Positions 39,270 to 51,866 of a stretch of DNA of 64,000 nucleotides are shown here, one piece after another. This DNA is from Octopus sinensis (lineage: Eukaryota). The notes beneath the pieces are model-generated. The model saw only the letters and a list, made by a program, of their open reading frames with translations, did not search any database and was not told the origin of the DNA. How positions within the stretch are numbered: position 1 is the first letter of the stretch; each line of letters opens with the position of its first letter. The position numbers and the translations under genes are program-made. The DNA lies in contig NC_043003.1 of assembly GCF_006345805.1 (NCBI RefSeq), forward strand, positions 54,126,001 to 54,190,000, read 5' to 3'.

Positions 39270-39690
39270 CCAATAATTGGCCCAGACCATGTCTAACTTA
39301 TAGCACCACCTTATAGGATTATTTGAATCCTGTTTAAGTCAAGTTTTGTTTATGGTCCATTCAAGTAGTGATTTTTTCTTGGGTGAGTTGTATCCAATTA
39401 TGGGTGGCTTATCTGGTATTCCTTGAAGGAATCTATCCAGACTCCGTTTAAAGTTGATGGGATCCTGTTCCTCTTTGATCTCTTTCGGGACAAGTTGAAT
39501 AGGGCAGGGCCTGTTGAGGAAAAGAAATTATGTTGTAGTGTACATGTATGCTGTGATCTTGAATTGGGCAGTGGACGTATGGCCCGTGGTCCCAGTCTTG
39601 GATGAACCTTGAAGCTAATGTTCAGGTCGTTTGGGCAAAGTTGGCGGTATATTCTCCACATCGTACAAATTATTACACACACACTCACAC
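39270..39690 (-). mobile_element. CR1/L2-group LINE 3' fragment
   Basis: Minus strand HPRLGPRA...NFFSSTGPALFN...NFKRSLDRFLQGIPDKP, a typical CR1-group ORF2 end. Confidence 0.6.
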
Positions 39691-40131
39691 TGAGTTCAAA
39701 TACAGCCGTAGTCAAGTGGAGTCGATGCATAATTATCTCTTCTTTCCCGGTGAGTTTTATTCCTCATCCCCAAAAGAGTCTCAGCTAGATCAAAAGCACC
39801 ACGCACCGATGATTATTACATCAAGATTTAAAGCCACCGCTGACACACACACTCTTTCACGTACTCAAAAGATCATACGGAAAACAAGAATTTTGTTTTA
39901 TATATACACATGCTCCATGTATACTCAATAGTTATGTGGGTACTAATATAAACGTATTCACTTTACTCATGTAAAATCATATTATTGATGATGAGAGATT
40001 TCGTTATCTAAATGGCTAGACCTGGCCAATAATAAACTATGCAATTTCAGTTATAATTTTTACGCTACGAAGTGAGCCTAATTTATATTGACGGGTACTA
40101 GAAACGCACGCGTACACATACACTCAGATGC

Positions 40132-40179
<48 letters not shown>

Positions 40180-40221
40180 AGAGAGAGAGAGAGAGAGAGA
40201 GATAGAGTGAGAGAGAGATGT

Positions 40222-40513
40222 GGAGGCACATGGCCTAGTGGTCAGAGCAGCGGACTCGCGATCGAGGGATCGCGGGTTCGAATCTCAGACCGGGCGATAT
40301 GTGTGTTTATGAGCTCCACGTGGCTCCGGCAGAAGGTAATGGCGAACTTCTGCTGACTCTTCCGCCACAACTTTCTCTCACTCTTTCTTCCCGCATCTTG
40401 CAGCTCACCTGTGACGGACCGGCGTCCCGTCCAGGTGCGGAACCTGTACGCCAAGGAAACCGGGAAACCGGCCCTTATGAGCCAGGTCTGGCTCGAGAAA
40501 GAACAAACAAACA

Positions 40514-40514
<1 letters not shown>
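40222..40514 (+). mobile_element. tRNA-derived SINE, family 3, (ACAA)n tail
   Basis: A box TGGCCTAGTGG, B box GGTTCGAATC, central GACGGACCGGCGTCCCGTCCAGG, tail GGCTCGAGAAAGAACAAACAAAC. Confidence 0.8.
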
Positions 40515-40554
<40 letters not shown>

Positions 40555-40623
40555 CATAAGTATGTATATGTACATGGATGAATATATGCATGTGTGTATC
40601 TCTCTCTATACATATTTATAGAC

Positions 40624-40785
40624 GCAGGTGTGGTTGTGTGGTAAATAGCTTACTTACCAATCATATGGTTCAGGGTTCAGTCCTACTGCGGTGTACCTAA
40701 GGCAAGTATTTTCTACTATAGTCTCGGGCCGACCAAAGGCTTGTGACTGGATTTGGTAGACGGAATGTGTTAGAAGCCTTTCATA

Positions 40786-40869
<84 letters not shown>

Positions 40870-40888
40870 CATCCATCTATCTATCTAA

Positions 40889-40942
<54 letters not shown>

Positions 40943-41125
40943 GTTTGTGAGTCTGTGTTTGTCCCCCACCCATCACTTCACAAACGATGTTAGTGTGTTT
41001 ACGTCCCCGCAATACTAGCGGTTCGGAAAAAGAAGCTGATAGAATAAGTCCCAGGGTCGATTGTTTTCGACTAAAGGCGGTGCTCCAGCATGGCCACAGT
41101 CAAATGAGTGAAACAAATAAAAGAA
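40624..41125 (+). mobile_element. SINE family 2 with internal ~150-bp (TATC)n
   Basis: Complete head and tail; the internal slot 40,786-40,940 is (TATC)n. Confidence 0.88.
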
Positions 41126-41231
41126 ATATATATATCTATACACATATAAATCGTAAAGCAAGTGGTTTAGCTGTTATGGTTTGGCAGTAATGTTCGTAAG
41201 ATTGCGGTTTCGATTCCCAGATATGCACGTG

Positions 41232-41295
41232 GGTATATGGTGTAGTGGTTAAGAGCGCAGGCTACTAACTCCAATATTCCGAGTTCGATTCCAAG
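41232..41295 (+). mobile_element. tRNA-like SINE head (A and B boxes)
   Basis: TGGTGTAGTGG at 41,238 and GAGTTCGATTCC at 41,281; no acceptor stem. Confidence 0.55.
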
Positions 41296-41314
41296 GAAAT
41301 ACAGACAATTCATT

Positions 41315-41850
41315 GAAAAGTGACATTTTGCTCCCCTTGGATTAAACAGCTGCATTTGCCATTACTAAAAGCCAAGAATTATTATTGACAAACTAACCAA
41401 GTGCAACGATAACAAAATTTCTCTCCTTCTCCTTCCTTTCCTTCTTTTTCTTTAACAAATCTTTCAGATACAAAAAACACACACACACACATACACACAC
41501 ACACACGCGCACATACATACACATACTCCCTCTCACAAGACAATGACAAAACGGAAATCCAGAAAATTTTTTGAAAAGTGACATTTTGCCCCCGTTGGGG
41601 TAAACAGCTGGATTTGCCATTACTAAAAGCCAAGAATTGATTATTATTGACAACCTGACCAGCTGCAAAGAGATCAACACATTTTTCTCTTCTTTCTCTT
41701 CCTTGTCTTCCTTTCCTTCTTTTTCTTTAACAGATACAAACACACACACACACATACACCCCCACACACGCACACACATACACCCCCACACACGCACACA
41801 CACACACACACACACGCACACACACACGCACATACACATGCTCTCTCTCA
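41315..41850. repeat. Diverged tandem duplication, two ~260-bp units
   Basis: GAAAAGTGACATTTTGC...CATTACTAAAAGCCAAGAATT at ~41,316 and ~41,574, each followed by a CT-rich stretch and (CA)n. Confidence 0.85.
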
Positions 41851-42082
41851 CTTTCTCCCTATTCATCACCCTCTTGTACTATCTTATATCTCTCCTCACC
41901 ACTACACACTCAATAATACTAAAAAAGAGTAAAAATTCCTGCAAAAACTTAGTTCAATTTGAAGACTCCACTAGAATGGACGAAAGCGCTGATATATATG
42001 ATATATGATGTATAAAAACATGTAACATACTAATAAATATCTATAAATATAAAACCATCCGGATATCGGAGTACCTCATTTC

Positions 42083-42123
<41 letters not shown>

Positions 42124-42164
42124 TATATATATTGATCAAAATAAAACATGATGCCAAGGATTCA

Positions 42165-42242
42165 GCGGTACATATGTTTCGGGCCTTTATTAGACAGATT
42201 TATAACAATGCATAATGTATGTCTGTGGCCTTCTTCAGCCGC
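42165..42242 (-). ncRNA. Candidate minimal type I hammerhead ribozyme (Penelope-type)
   Basis: Minus strand: GCGG CUGAAGA AGGCC...GGCCC GAAAC AUAU GUA CCGC, i.e. 4-bp stem I, core, stem II, 2-bp stem III with palindromic AUAU loop, and GUA cleavage triplet. Confidence 0.65.
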
Positions 42243-42544
42243 GCACACCAGCTTCCACAAGGACATGTGTTACATCAAAAATTCTTGGTTGGGGATGCAA
42301 ATCCTCTCATTCGCGTACGACATAATGCGGCAACAGCATAGAATTGAAGCGTCCATCTCTTTCTTCTCTCAATGTAGAATGAGGAAATTTGGATGTTGAA
42401 GTAATGTACTCCACCACCTACACCACCAAACGGTATACACAGATGCTTATAATTATCAAGTACTCACCCCGAATTTCTGTACTCAACTATATTATATATA
42501 TATATAGGTTTAGTATTGTTCCCATCATTATTAACAGGGTGAAA

Positions 42545-42765
42545 GTCAGTGTTGTGCCAAAATCGTTAGCACACAGGACAAAATGTATTTCGAGACTTTG
42601 TCTGTCTTAACGCTCTCAGTTCAAATTCCGCCGATGTCGATTTTGCCTTTTATCCATTCAGGGTCAATAAAATAAAAACCACTCAAACATTAGGATCGAT
42701 GTAATGAACTTAGCACACCGCCATAATTTCAAACCTTGTACCTATTGTAGGAAGGGTTATTAACA
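42545..42765 (+). mobile_element. Degenerate SINE family 1
   Basis: Head, core and tail B recognisable. Confidence 0.7.
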
Positions 42766-43632
42766 GAGTAATGGAAAAGTAAATTTATCTTCTCAAGCCT
42801 TCCTGAAGAAATGACAAGTACCGCTTGTCAGACGGTCCATTTGCTGTCAGCATCCGTTGCGTGGAGGACTTGGCATGCTGTGGTTGAGGATGCGCAGATA
42901 TGCACTGAGGCTGCGACATCTCCAAGCAATACCTTAACGGTAAGCAGGTGTGGCCCCGTTTCTTGAGCGCACTTTTCCGCAGCTCGTCTCCTCGACAGAG
43001 CTACAGTCCTGGATCAGGCATATACCGAGACAGGGCGCTTGGCACCTAGAGTGTCTCCATGCGCTCACAGTCCTCGGCCAGTCGGGCAATGCGGTCGGTG
43101 GAAGTTCCACCTTGGAGTTCTATAGGGGATAAGTAGAGGGCAAGAGCGACGACATACTGTGAAAGGTCCTGGGTGGCAAGGGGTATCAACTGGTCGGTCT
43201 CTTCCGGAGGGCTTTCGGGCTGGGAACTATGGATAACTTCCAGAAATATGTGGCCTAGCAGTGCTGCGGCTTTTTCACCTGAAACGAAACTGAGGCTGGA
43301 GAGGGAGGTACCGTCACCCAGTAAGTTCGTTGAAAGGTGGGTGAATGTGGCAAGAATGACCCGCGCGAATAGGCCTATCTAAGTGTGTATCTGTAGGCTG
43401 GATGGAAAGGAGAAGAGAGGATGCCTTCCAGAGGAGCCGTTGGTGTTAAGGGTCCAAAGTGCGTGAAGTCTCTTTGGTCAGCTTACGGTAGACACCTTGC
43501 ACCTATTGAGGAAGCATATTGTTGATTTAATATTTTTGCTAATCGTTGTGCTTGAAGGATGTTTACACGTTTACTCGTCTGTGTATCGTCCTCTTTGCTT
43601 TGTGTTCGACACTGTTGGCCAATAAACAAAGA

Positions 43633-43633
<1 letters not shown>
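42766..43633 (+). mobile_element. Diverged sister Tx1/L1-clade LINE fragment with internal deletion, (ATT)n tail
   Basis: Colinear with 27,390-28,320 (SICCQHP..GGLGM, FPQLVS.TELQSWI, RWVNVARM). Different 3' UTR ending AATAAACAAAGA(ATT)n. Confidence 0.8.
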
Positions 43634-43687
<54 letters not shown>

Positions 43688-43711
43688 TATTATTATTATT
43701 ATTATTATTAT

Positions 43712-43925
43712 TAAGGCGACGAGCTGGCAGAATCGTTAGTAATGCGGGCGAAATGTTTAGCGGCATTCGTATGACATCGTGTTCGGAGTTCAAATGCTGG
43801 GGTCGACTTCGCTTTTCATTCTTTTGGGGGTCGATAAATTAAGTATCAGTGAAACACTAGGACCGATGCAATCGATTTGTCCCCACACACCAAATTTCAG
43901 GCCTTTAGTAGACAGGATTATTATT
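43712..43925 (+). mobile_element. SINE family 1 inserted in (ATT)n
   Basis: Head AAGGCGACGAGCTGGCAGAATCG; ends GACAGGATTATTATT. Confidence 0.8.
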
Positions 43926-44884
43926 AATCGGTAAAGTTAGAGGACAAATCGAAGGCGTGAGGTAACTTTGTAACTCATGCGGATTGAAACCTTAAAATAT
44001 ATACACATATGCATTTAGTTCTATTTGTCCTACTTGTTCTACAAAGAAACATGTATGCGTGTGCGTGAGAGAGAGAGAGGGAGAGAGAGAGAGAGAGTGG
44101 GGAGAGAGAGAGAGAGTTCGTGTATGAATGAATATCATCGTGTTTATTTGTTTAGTTTTATATTCACGAAGCTGTACAAGAAGTAGAGATATTGACCGAA
44201 CAGAAACAAATGATTTTATCATGTCTATTTTACATACAGAAAGGAAATTTAATAAGATGTATTTACATTTTCTGATTGGAAGATTGAAATGGAATTTGAT
44301 AAGTCTGCTAAAATGCCATAATTTAACTGCTGCATACGTACGCGAATAGGTAACTACACATTGTAAAGACACACACACACACAGACACAAACTCATACGC
44401 ATACACATATGTATGTATGTATGTATAAACGTACACACAATCATTCAAACAGAGATATACATAGATGCCTGCATACGTACAGAAGCACAATTATTTGTAT
44501 ATGTGTGGTATATGTTTATATGCATATATCTACATATGATATTGCCGTATTATATAATGCTTGAAAGTAGTATTACAATACATTATATATAGTTAAAGTT
44601 TTCTTCTTTTCCATTACTTTGAGTTTCTTGCCGAACCGCAAACTTCAAATTGTGGCACGTTATTGCTGACTGTTGTGTGTTTATGTGAATGTATGCTTTA
44701 TTCACGATAATATCAGTAAGTTTCGTGAACCAACGAATCTAACAACTTACCCCTCACTCTTCCTTACATATATATATATGTGAGCATGTGAGTGCGTGTG
44801 CTTCTGTGTGTGTGTATGTGTTTCTGTGTGAGTGTGTCTTTATGTGTGCGTGGGTTGGTGTGTCCATATATGTATGTATTATGC

Positions 44885-45280
<396 letters not shown>

Positions 45281-45304
45281 ATTGGAGTGCATTTTCCTAT
45301 TGAG

Positions 45305-45490
45305 GTTTCTAACTAGCCACTAGACATTCTTTATTTTCTCTCCGTGTTTCTTTCTGTGTTCCTTTCCGCAGAAGAACGTAGGCTCGAAACGCTAAAGACT
45401 TTTTCGCTTCCTGAGCGTTATACTAATACATCTGTTTATTGTCTACACCACCTGTCTTCGTCTTTTGTTTTTTTATTGCGAATTTTCCCT
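45305..45490 (+). mobile_element. Second copy of the 7,855-8,035 dispersed repeat
   Basis: Colinear alignment by eye. Confidence 0.7.
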
Positions 45491-45505
45491 ATATATGTGC
45501 GTGTT

Positions 45506-45572
<67 letters not shown>

Positions 45573-45699
45573 ATATACATATGTAGTAAAAATGCACCCG
45601 CACACGTTATTGCTTATCATTGTTTTGTTAATTCCGCATTCTATAAGCCTATAACCACCACATTGTAGCAATGCCAGCGAGAAGGCCAACATTTGACTG

Positions 45700-45880
45700 A
45701 ACACCTCGAGAGATGTGCAACATGAACAAATATTTTAGAAAGTCGCTGACCATCAACAGTATCATCCATATGAAAAGTAACAATAAGATCTTCGATAAAC
45801 AAAAGGACGGATGTAAAGCACAAGGTCTGTACAAATGTTCTTAAATGGCTTATAAATAATAGTGTACACCTGAATTTCTA
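45700..45880 (+). mobile_element. Possible Penelope-like ORF remnant (region preceding GIY-YIG)
   Basis: Reads INSIIHMKSNNKIFDKQKDGC...KCS.NG...IIVY, loosely like the PLE SII..HNKKIL...C...CPLNG.C...IVY motif; heavily decayed. Confidence 0.3.
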
Positions 45881-46226
45881 AAAGTGGTTTTGGAAGGTAG
45901 GTTCAACGATAGAGTACAAATTTACTGCTGATGATGTGGCCTATGCTGTGTAGATACTCTATATAGAGTGTGCAATATGAACGCCTTATGTTGGAGAAGT
46001 ATGAATGTGATTTCCCCTTTTGTATTACTTTCGATAGAGGCGACGTGTGGATTTTACCTCTATGTATGTAGGTATGTATACAGAAACACATACAAAGCCT
46101 TACAAATATGCAGATATACATACATACTCGATGGCGATGTAGGTGTGCTTTTAGATTTGACATTGCCATTCATACTTCATTCAGATCTGTCCACAACTAA
46201 TTTCTTTTAAAGAATGAGAAACAGGG

Positions 46227-46257
<31 letters not shown>

Positions 46258-46707
46258 CAGAGAGACAGAGAGAGAGAGAGAGGGGTGTGGTAGGAAGAAT
46301 TGATCCTAGTAGAAGACTGTTCGCTTTCTTTTATCAACAGAGTAAAGATGAACGCTAAAATTTGACGACGGTGCAATGAACGAATCTTGCAAGGCAATCT
46401 ATCGGACGTTCTAACGACGCTATCAATTCAAACTTTTCTAAAATAAATAATAGTAAAATTCCAATACAAGAATTCATTATGTTTTTGATAAATTGCTTTA
46501 AAATGATTTTGACTGTCTCCAGTTCGTCTTGAAATGTTGATTCATTGAGAATTACTGCACCAAAATAATGCAGACGATAGTTTAAGTGGAGCGTCATAAA
46601 GTGTGTAAAAAAAAAAAAACAGAAATGGAACATGAAATTTAATTTTACTGTTAACATTTTACTGTTAAAATAAATATTCCGCATTTAATAATTACTCTCC
46701 CCCTCCC

Positions 46708-46767
<60 letters not shown>

Positions 46768-47234
46768 TATATGTATATGTATGCATGTATATGTATAATT
46801 GTGAAACGGGACGTCAATATATGTATGTATAATTGTTAAACAGGATGTCAATTGATATATACCATTCTAATTTGCCATATTTTACCACCGTTTTGTCTCT
46901 GATGACAGAATAACCCATACTGGAGGATATCCCAGAAACAGCTGTAAAATTTTGAATTTCTTCCTGTAATAATATTGTATATGACTTGAGATGTTTGCCT
47001 TGCCTTAACGTTTGACGTCCTGTTTAACAATTATATATCCGCTGCAACGGGACTCTATAATGGCTCCATTACTGCCGTCTCGGCTATAACTTTGGAGCCC
47101 TAGTAATGCGTTACAGCACTTACCTAGTGTACCTAATCGTTTAGATCACCTGTGAACTAAGACCTCATACTTTGTATATATGTATGTATGAATATATATA
47201 CACATAAATATGTATATATGTATGTGTGTGTGTG

Positions 47235-47303
<69 letters not shown>

Positions 47304-47574
47304 CCCTTTTAGATTTGTAAATTGTTTTTATAGAATTCAGACACATGCATTGTTTACAGAGATGAATTCGTATATGAAAGGTAGTAACTTGAAGTAGTGG
47401 GTCTAAATTCTGTAGAACATCTATAAACACAAACTTAGAAACGAGAATATCGCACTGCTAACACAAGAGACAAAATATTGACTTGTAAACCTTTATAAAA
47501 ATTAATATAGTATGTTGTGGTCGTAAGACGAACTAATGTGTCTTTGCTAGTAACGTATTTATATATATATATAA

Positions 47575-47601
47575 CTATATGAAACTGAAAGAAGCCCAAC
47601 G

Positions 47602-47633
<32 letters not shown>

Positions 47634-47895
47634 TATGTATGTGTATGTGTGTGTGTGAGTATGTTTGGGGGTGTGTATGTGTGTATTTTTGTGTGTGTGA
47701 TTGTCCCCCACAATTACTTGATAACCGATATTGGTGCGTTTACGTCCTCGTAACCTAGCGGTTCAGCAAAAGGGACCGATAGATAAAGTACAAGGCTTAC
47801 AAAGAATGAGTCCTGGGGTCGATTTGTTCGACTAAAGCCGGTGCTCCAGTATGGCCGCAGTCAGATTGACTGAAACAGATAAAAGAGTAACAGTG
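47575..47895 (+). mobile_element. SINE family 2, 5'-truncated
   Basis: GAAACTGAAAGAAGCCC through the tail GACTGAAACAGATAAAAGAGT. Confidence 0.75.
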
Positions 47896-47901
47896 TGAAA
47901 G

Positions 47902-47936
<35 letters not shown>

Positions 47937-47959
47937 TTATATGTATATTGATACACACA

Positions 47960-47990
<31 letters not shown>

Positions 47991-48347
47991 GTATATGTCT
48001 GTGTCTTTTATTTTCCGATGGAGGACCAGTTGTAAGTGACATATTCCCTGAAGCAAAAACACTTTCCCGGTCTATGTTTATCTACGAAACTCTATACTTC
48101 CTCTTTTATTCTGTGTATATTTGTACATCATTGTCCTGTTGACGTGACAGATTATATCGAAAATTTGTTAAACGTTATTTTCTTTACAATCAACACCATT
48201 TTATTTTGTTTTCTGCTTTCATGTCCGTTGTACGTAAGTTTTATTTGTTTAAGTATATGTCTAGTACTAAATCTGTCTGTCTCTCCGCCTGTCTGACTGT
48301 CTGTCTATCTCCGTGCGCGCAAGTTTGTTCTTGCGTGTTTTTAAGCG

Positions 48348-48424
<77 letters not shown>

Positions 48425-49199
48425 ATCTATCCATCTATCTATAGATAAACTAACGTTAGGATGAAGAGTAAATCATAAGTGAATGGTGCGCTTAATGGGA
48501 TTAAAGTTGAGCATCATCTCATACAATTTAATGTCTATAACAAATACGCAGACGTGTTGGAGCATCACGGATATCCATAGTGCTCCAATCCTCAGTCTGA
48601 CTGGACCAAGCGGTGTCGGATGAAAAATATGAGGGGAATATTGACGTGGGTTGAGGTTGTATGGATATATTTCAGAGATACGGAAGGTTTTGTAGAAATG
48701 ATAACTCACTGTCCTTCCGTTTACGGACCATTTTCTCTCACTGAATTTTAATTTTTCTTAATCATTTAATTGCCAAATATGCATATTTAACATTAAACAT
48801 TAATCTAATTTAGCTGCAAGTTATCCCTAGATTTTGGGACTCGAAGATCTTGATAAAGCTATAGAGATTTCCATTCACATAATTCTCTTCTACGTTTTCT
48901 CTTATCTCTCTACATCTCTTTTTTTTTTCTCTACGGTTCATTATCATCTACAAGTATCAACTCTTGGGATCTGGACAGGAATTTTTAACTTCCTAGTAGA
49001 GTCTAATCACGTTACTGATACTTCAAATATTGTCAGTAGTCTCACACGAATAACCTCCAATACATGACTGGTGTTTTCTTTATAGATCCAGAAAGGATGA
49101 AGCCCAAGCCGTCCTCGGCGGGATTTTGACTCACTGTGCTTAGAACCGGGGCAAAAACAGGAAGATACTCTAGGGATCTAATGAATATGTAATTAAGCT

Positions 49200-49435
49200 G
49201 CCATATCCTAAAACTAGTAAATATTGGTTTCAAATTTTGGCACAAGGTTACTTAAGTTCTATGGATGGTCTAAGTCGATTACATCGACTCCAATGCTCAA
49301 CTGGGATTTATTTTATCGACCCCACACAAAATAAAAACCTCAGAAGCATGTGAACTCGGAACGTAAAATCTGAAGGAATGCCACCAAGCATTTTCCCCCG
49401 GCGCGGTAACAATTCTGCCAGCTCGGTTCCTTAAA
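49200..49435 (-). mobile_element. Degenerate SINE family 1
   Basis: Reverse-strand head, core and tail. Confidence 0.65.
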
Positions 49436-49499
49436 ACTAGTAAATATTAAAAGGCCCAAATACTTCTAAATGCCTTAGCTCGACATGTTTTTAGACAGT

Positions 49500-50055
49500 T
49501 ACCTGGGGCTGGAGTATCTTTTTCTCTACTGTGTATTTAATTTCACACCTGGTAATAGTGACTGAATATCAATTCCGGCATTGTTCTCCTGAGCTTTTGT
49601 AGGAGATGGTACCATCTCAGTGGGTAAATTATGAGCCATTACTGATTTAGTGTATGGAGTGTCAGCCTAGCAGCTGAAAGATCTACAATTTGCACTCAAC
49701 CGATATCACTATATTGTATCCAACGAGCCTATAAGAAACTAGCCTATATAGTATAGGCCTAAACCCACTTTTCTACAGTGTTCTCGACTCTGGGGTGCCT
49801 TCTCTGAGGACAAATGTTGCTTTCCCAGGTCTTGTTGGTTCTGAATTACCATTGATGGTTCTGTATCTTTGCTTTCTTTCTAGGTATAGGTATTGGCCCT
49901 AGGTACATTCACTTTTATCTGTGGGATGATGTGGTTCATTGTAGCGTGGCCTCTATCGTTTGACCTATTCAAAGTGAGAAGCCCTACCAGGTCTTTGCTC
50001 TCCGCTGGCAAGCTCTTAGGATCATTGAGACGCACCAACCGTTAAACCGCAACAA
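49500..50055 (-). mobile_element. Degenerate RTE-clade LINE 5' region
   Basis: Minus strand GATCCTAAGAGCTTGCCAGCGGAGAG...CCTGGTAGGGC resembles RTE 5' UTRs (from memory); downstream ORF decayed. Confidence 0.4.
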
Positions 50056-50974
50056 AGAATGGATATTGTTGGGGTTCTAATAGAGATAACAGCCAAAATT
50101 TCCTCGTATCACAGAAGAACGTTTGAAAAAATGTAAGTCTGAATATACAAGTATGGTTGCAACTGAATAAATCTTATTTTTCTGTTTAAGAGATGTGGCT
50201 TAACAGCAGCAGTAGCAGCAGCAACAACAACAGTATTGCTTTCGTGTCTTCTGCTATCCGAATCTCATTGATGTTTGATCTATCGGTAAATAGGAACGAC
50301 AAATGACCGATATGTGTATTGCATAAATGATCATTATTTCATTAAATTACATTTTATGACTAACCACAAATCTTCCTGTTGTTAAAATTGGAGATGGCCG
50401 GATTTCACTCACTTGATTTATGCAGACGTGATGGTCATATATTTAAGAAGTTCATCTCACAATCATGTTCCTACCTCCTCTGACTCCCAGTGCAGTACCT
50501 TTATAAGTTTTGAATTGATTAACAAGTGTTTTTAATTGTGGAAAGGCCAAATTTGAAACGGTGCATCATTCGGACGGATTGTTTGAATTTTTCCGGAAAT
50601 TCTTCACAGGAGTTCAGTGATTTGCGATGCATTCGAACCAGATCTCCATTCTTTTCGACTTCTCGCACCAGACTCACGGATCCTGAAAAGAAGTTATGAA
50701 AGCTGTCTTTTCCTCTCTGGAAAAATACAAATGCAAAAAATTCATTGAAGGAGGAGGCAACGATCCAGGAACCTTTAGGATTGATTTCCCCATCAGCACA
50801 GTCATTTAGTTAATACAATTAGTTTGGTTGACCTGGAAATGGGAATAACACATTTTTCCACTTATCCTTATCCTATCAATTACTGCCTATGCCTCAGCTC
50901 ACAAGGAAGACAAAAAGAAGCATACATATCTACAAACATACACTCTTACATACATACATACAAACATACACACA

Positions 50975-51008
<34 letters not shown>

Positions 51009-51256
51009 CATACATACACACGCATATACATATACAAATATATATATGTACATGTATATGTATATTTGTGTGTGTTTGTTCTTGTGTGTGTGTGTGGGCG
51101 TGTGTGTATACAGAAGAGGTAATTAGCATTGCAGACAACGTGTCGTCAAGAAAAGATTCTTTCGCATTATATATATATATATGGATGTATATATGTACAT
51201 AAAGAAACATACATACATACATACATACTTACATTCACACACACACACACATACAC

Positions 51257-51289
<33 letters not shown>

Positions 51290-51479
51290 CACACACACAC
51301 ACACCACACACACACAAGCACAGGCAGTAAATTTCTATCGTAAGTGTGGGGAAACTTCACATTCTTTTACACTTTATCCTTCATTTCCTCTTCAATTGTT
51401 TGTATATTTATATATTTATTTATTACCTATGTCTTAGGGTATCGGATACCCACCCTAAACATACATAACTGGTGTACTG

Positions 51480-51526
51480 TTCAAAGTCCTTAGCCTCAGT
51501 GCTCTATTTTTGCAGCAGCAGCAGCG

Positions 51527-51578
<52 letters not shown>

Positions 51579-51604
51579 TGGTAGTAGTAGTAGTAGTAGT
51601 AGTG

Positions 51605-51636
<32 letters not shown>

Positions 51637-51690
51637 GGTGGTGGTGGTGGTAGTCGTAGTAGTAGTAGTAGTAGTAGTAGTAAGAAGCAG
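51480..51690. repeat. (AGC)/(AGT)/(GGT) trinucleotide block
   Basis: Direct inspection. Confidence 0.9.
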
Positions 51691-51866
51691 TTCTTGACGT
51701 ATTTTACTGAAATTATCTATTACAGAATTTAAAGGTTCTGAGTAAATTTCGGACGAAAATCTACAATTTCGTTGCCTGCGTCTAACCGGTGCTGGGAAGT
51801 CAAGGTACTACAACGAAGTAGTCAACTTAACTGAATATTTTAAAAATAATATAATGGCACTTGTAG

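Noticed and set aside
41232-41295. Functional tRNA gene
   Set aside because: A and B boxes present but no acceptor stem or full cloverleaf; treated as a SINE head, as are the heads at 38.7, 40.2 and 51.9 kb.
46200-46684. Non-repetitive ORF 46355-46684 as a gene
   Set aside because: No recognisable motif, weak donors, and an AT-rich start in low-complexity sequence.
50480-50820. Possible LINE linker fragment (VASSFNEFFAFVF, minus)
   Set aside because: Single short motif with no RT motifs nearby; not enough to annotate.
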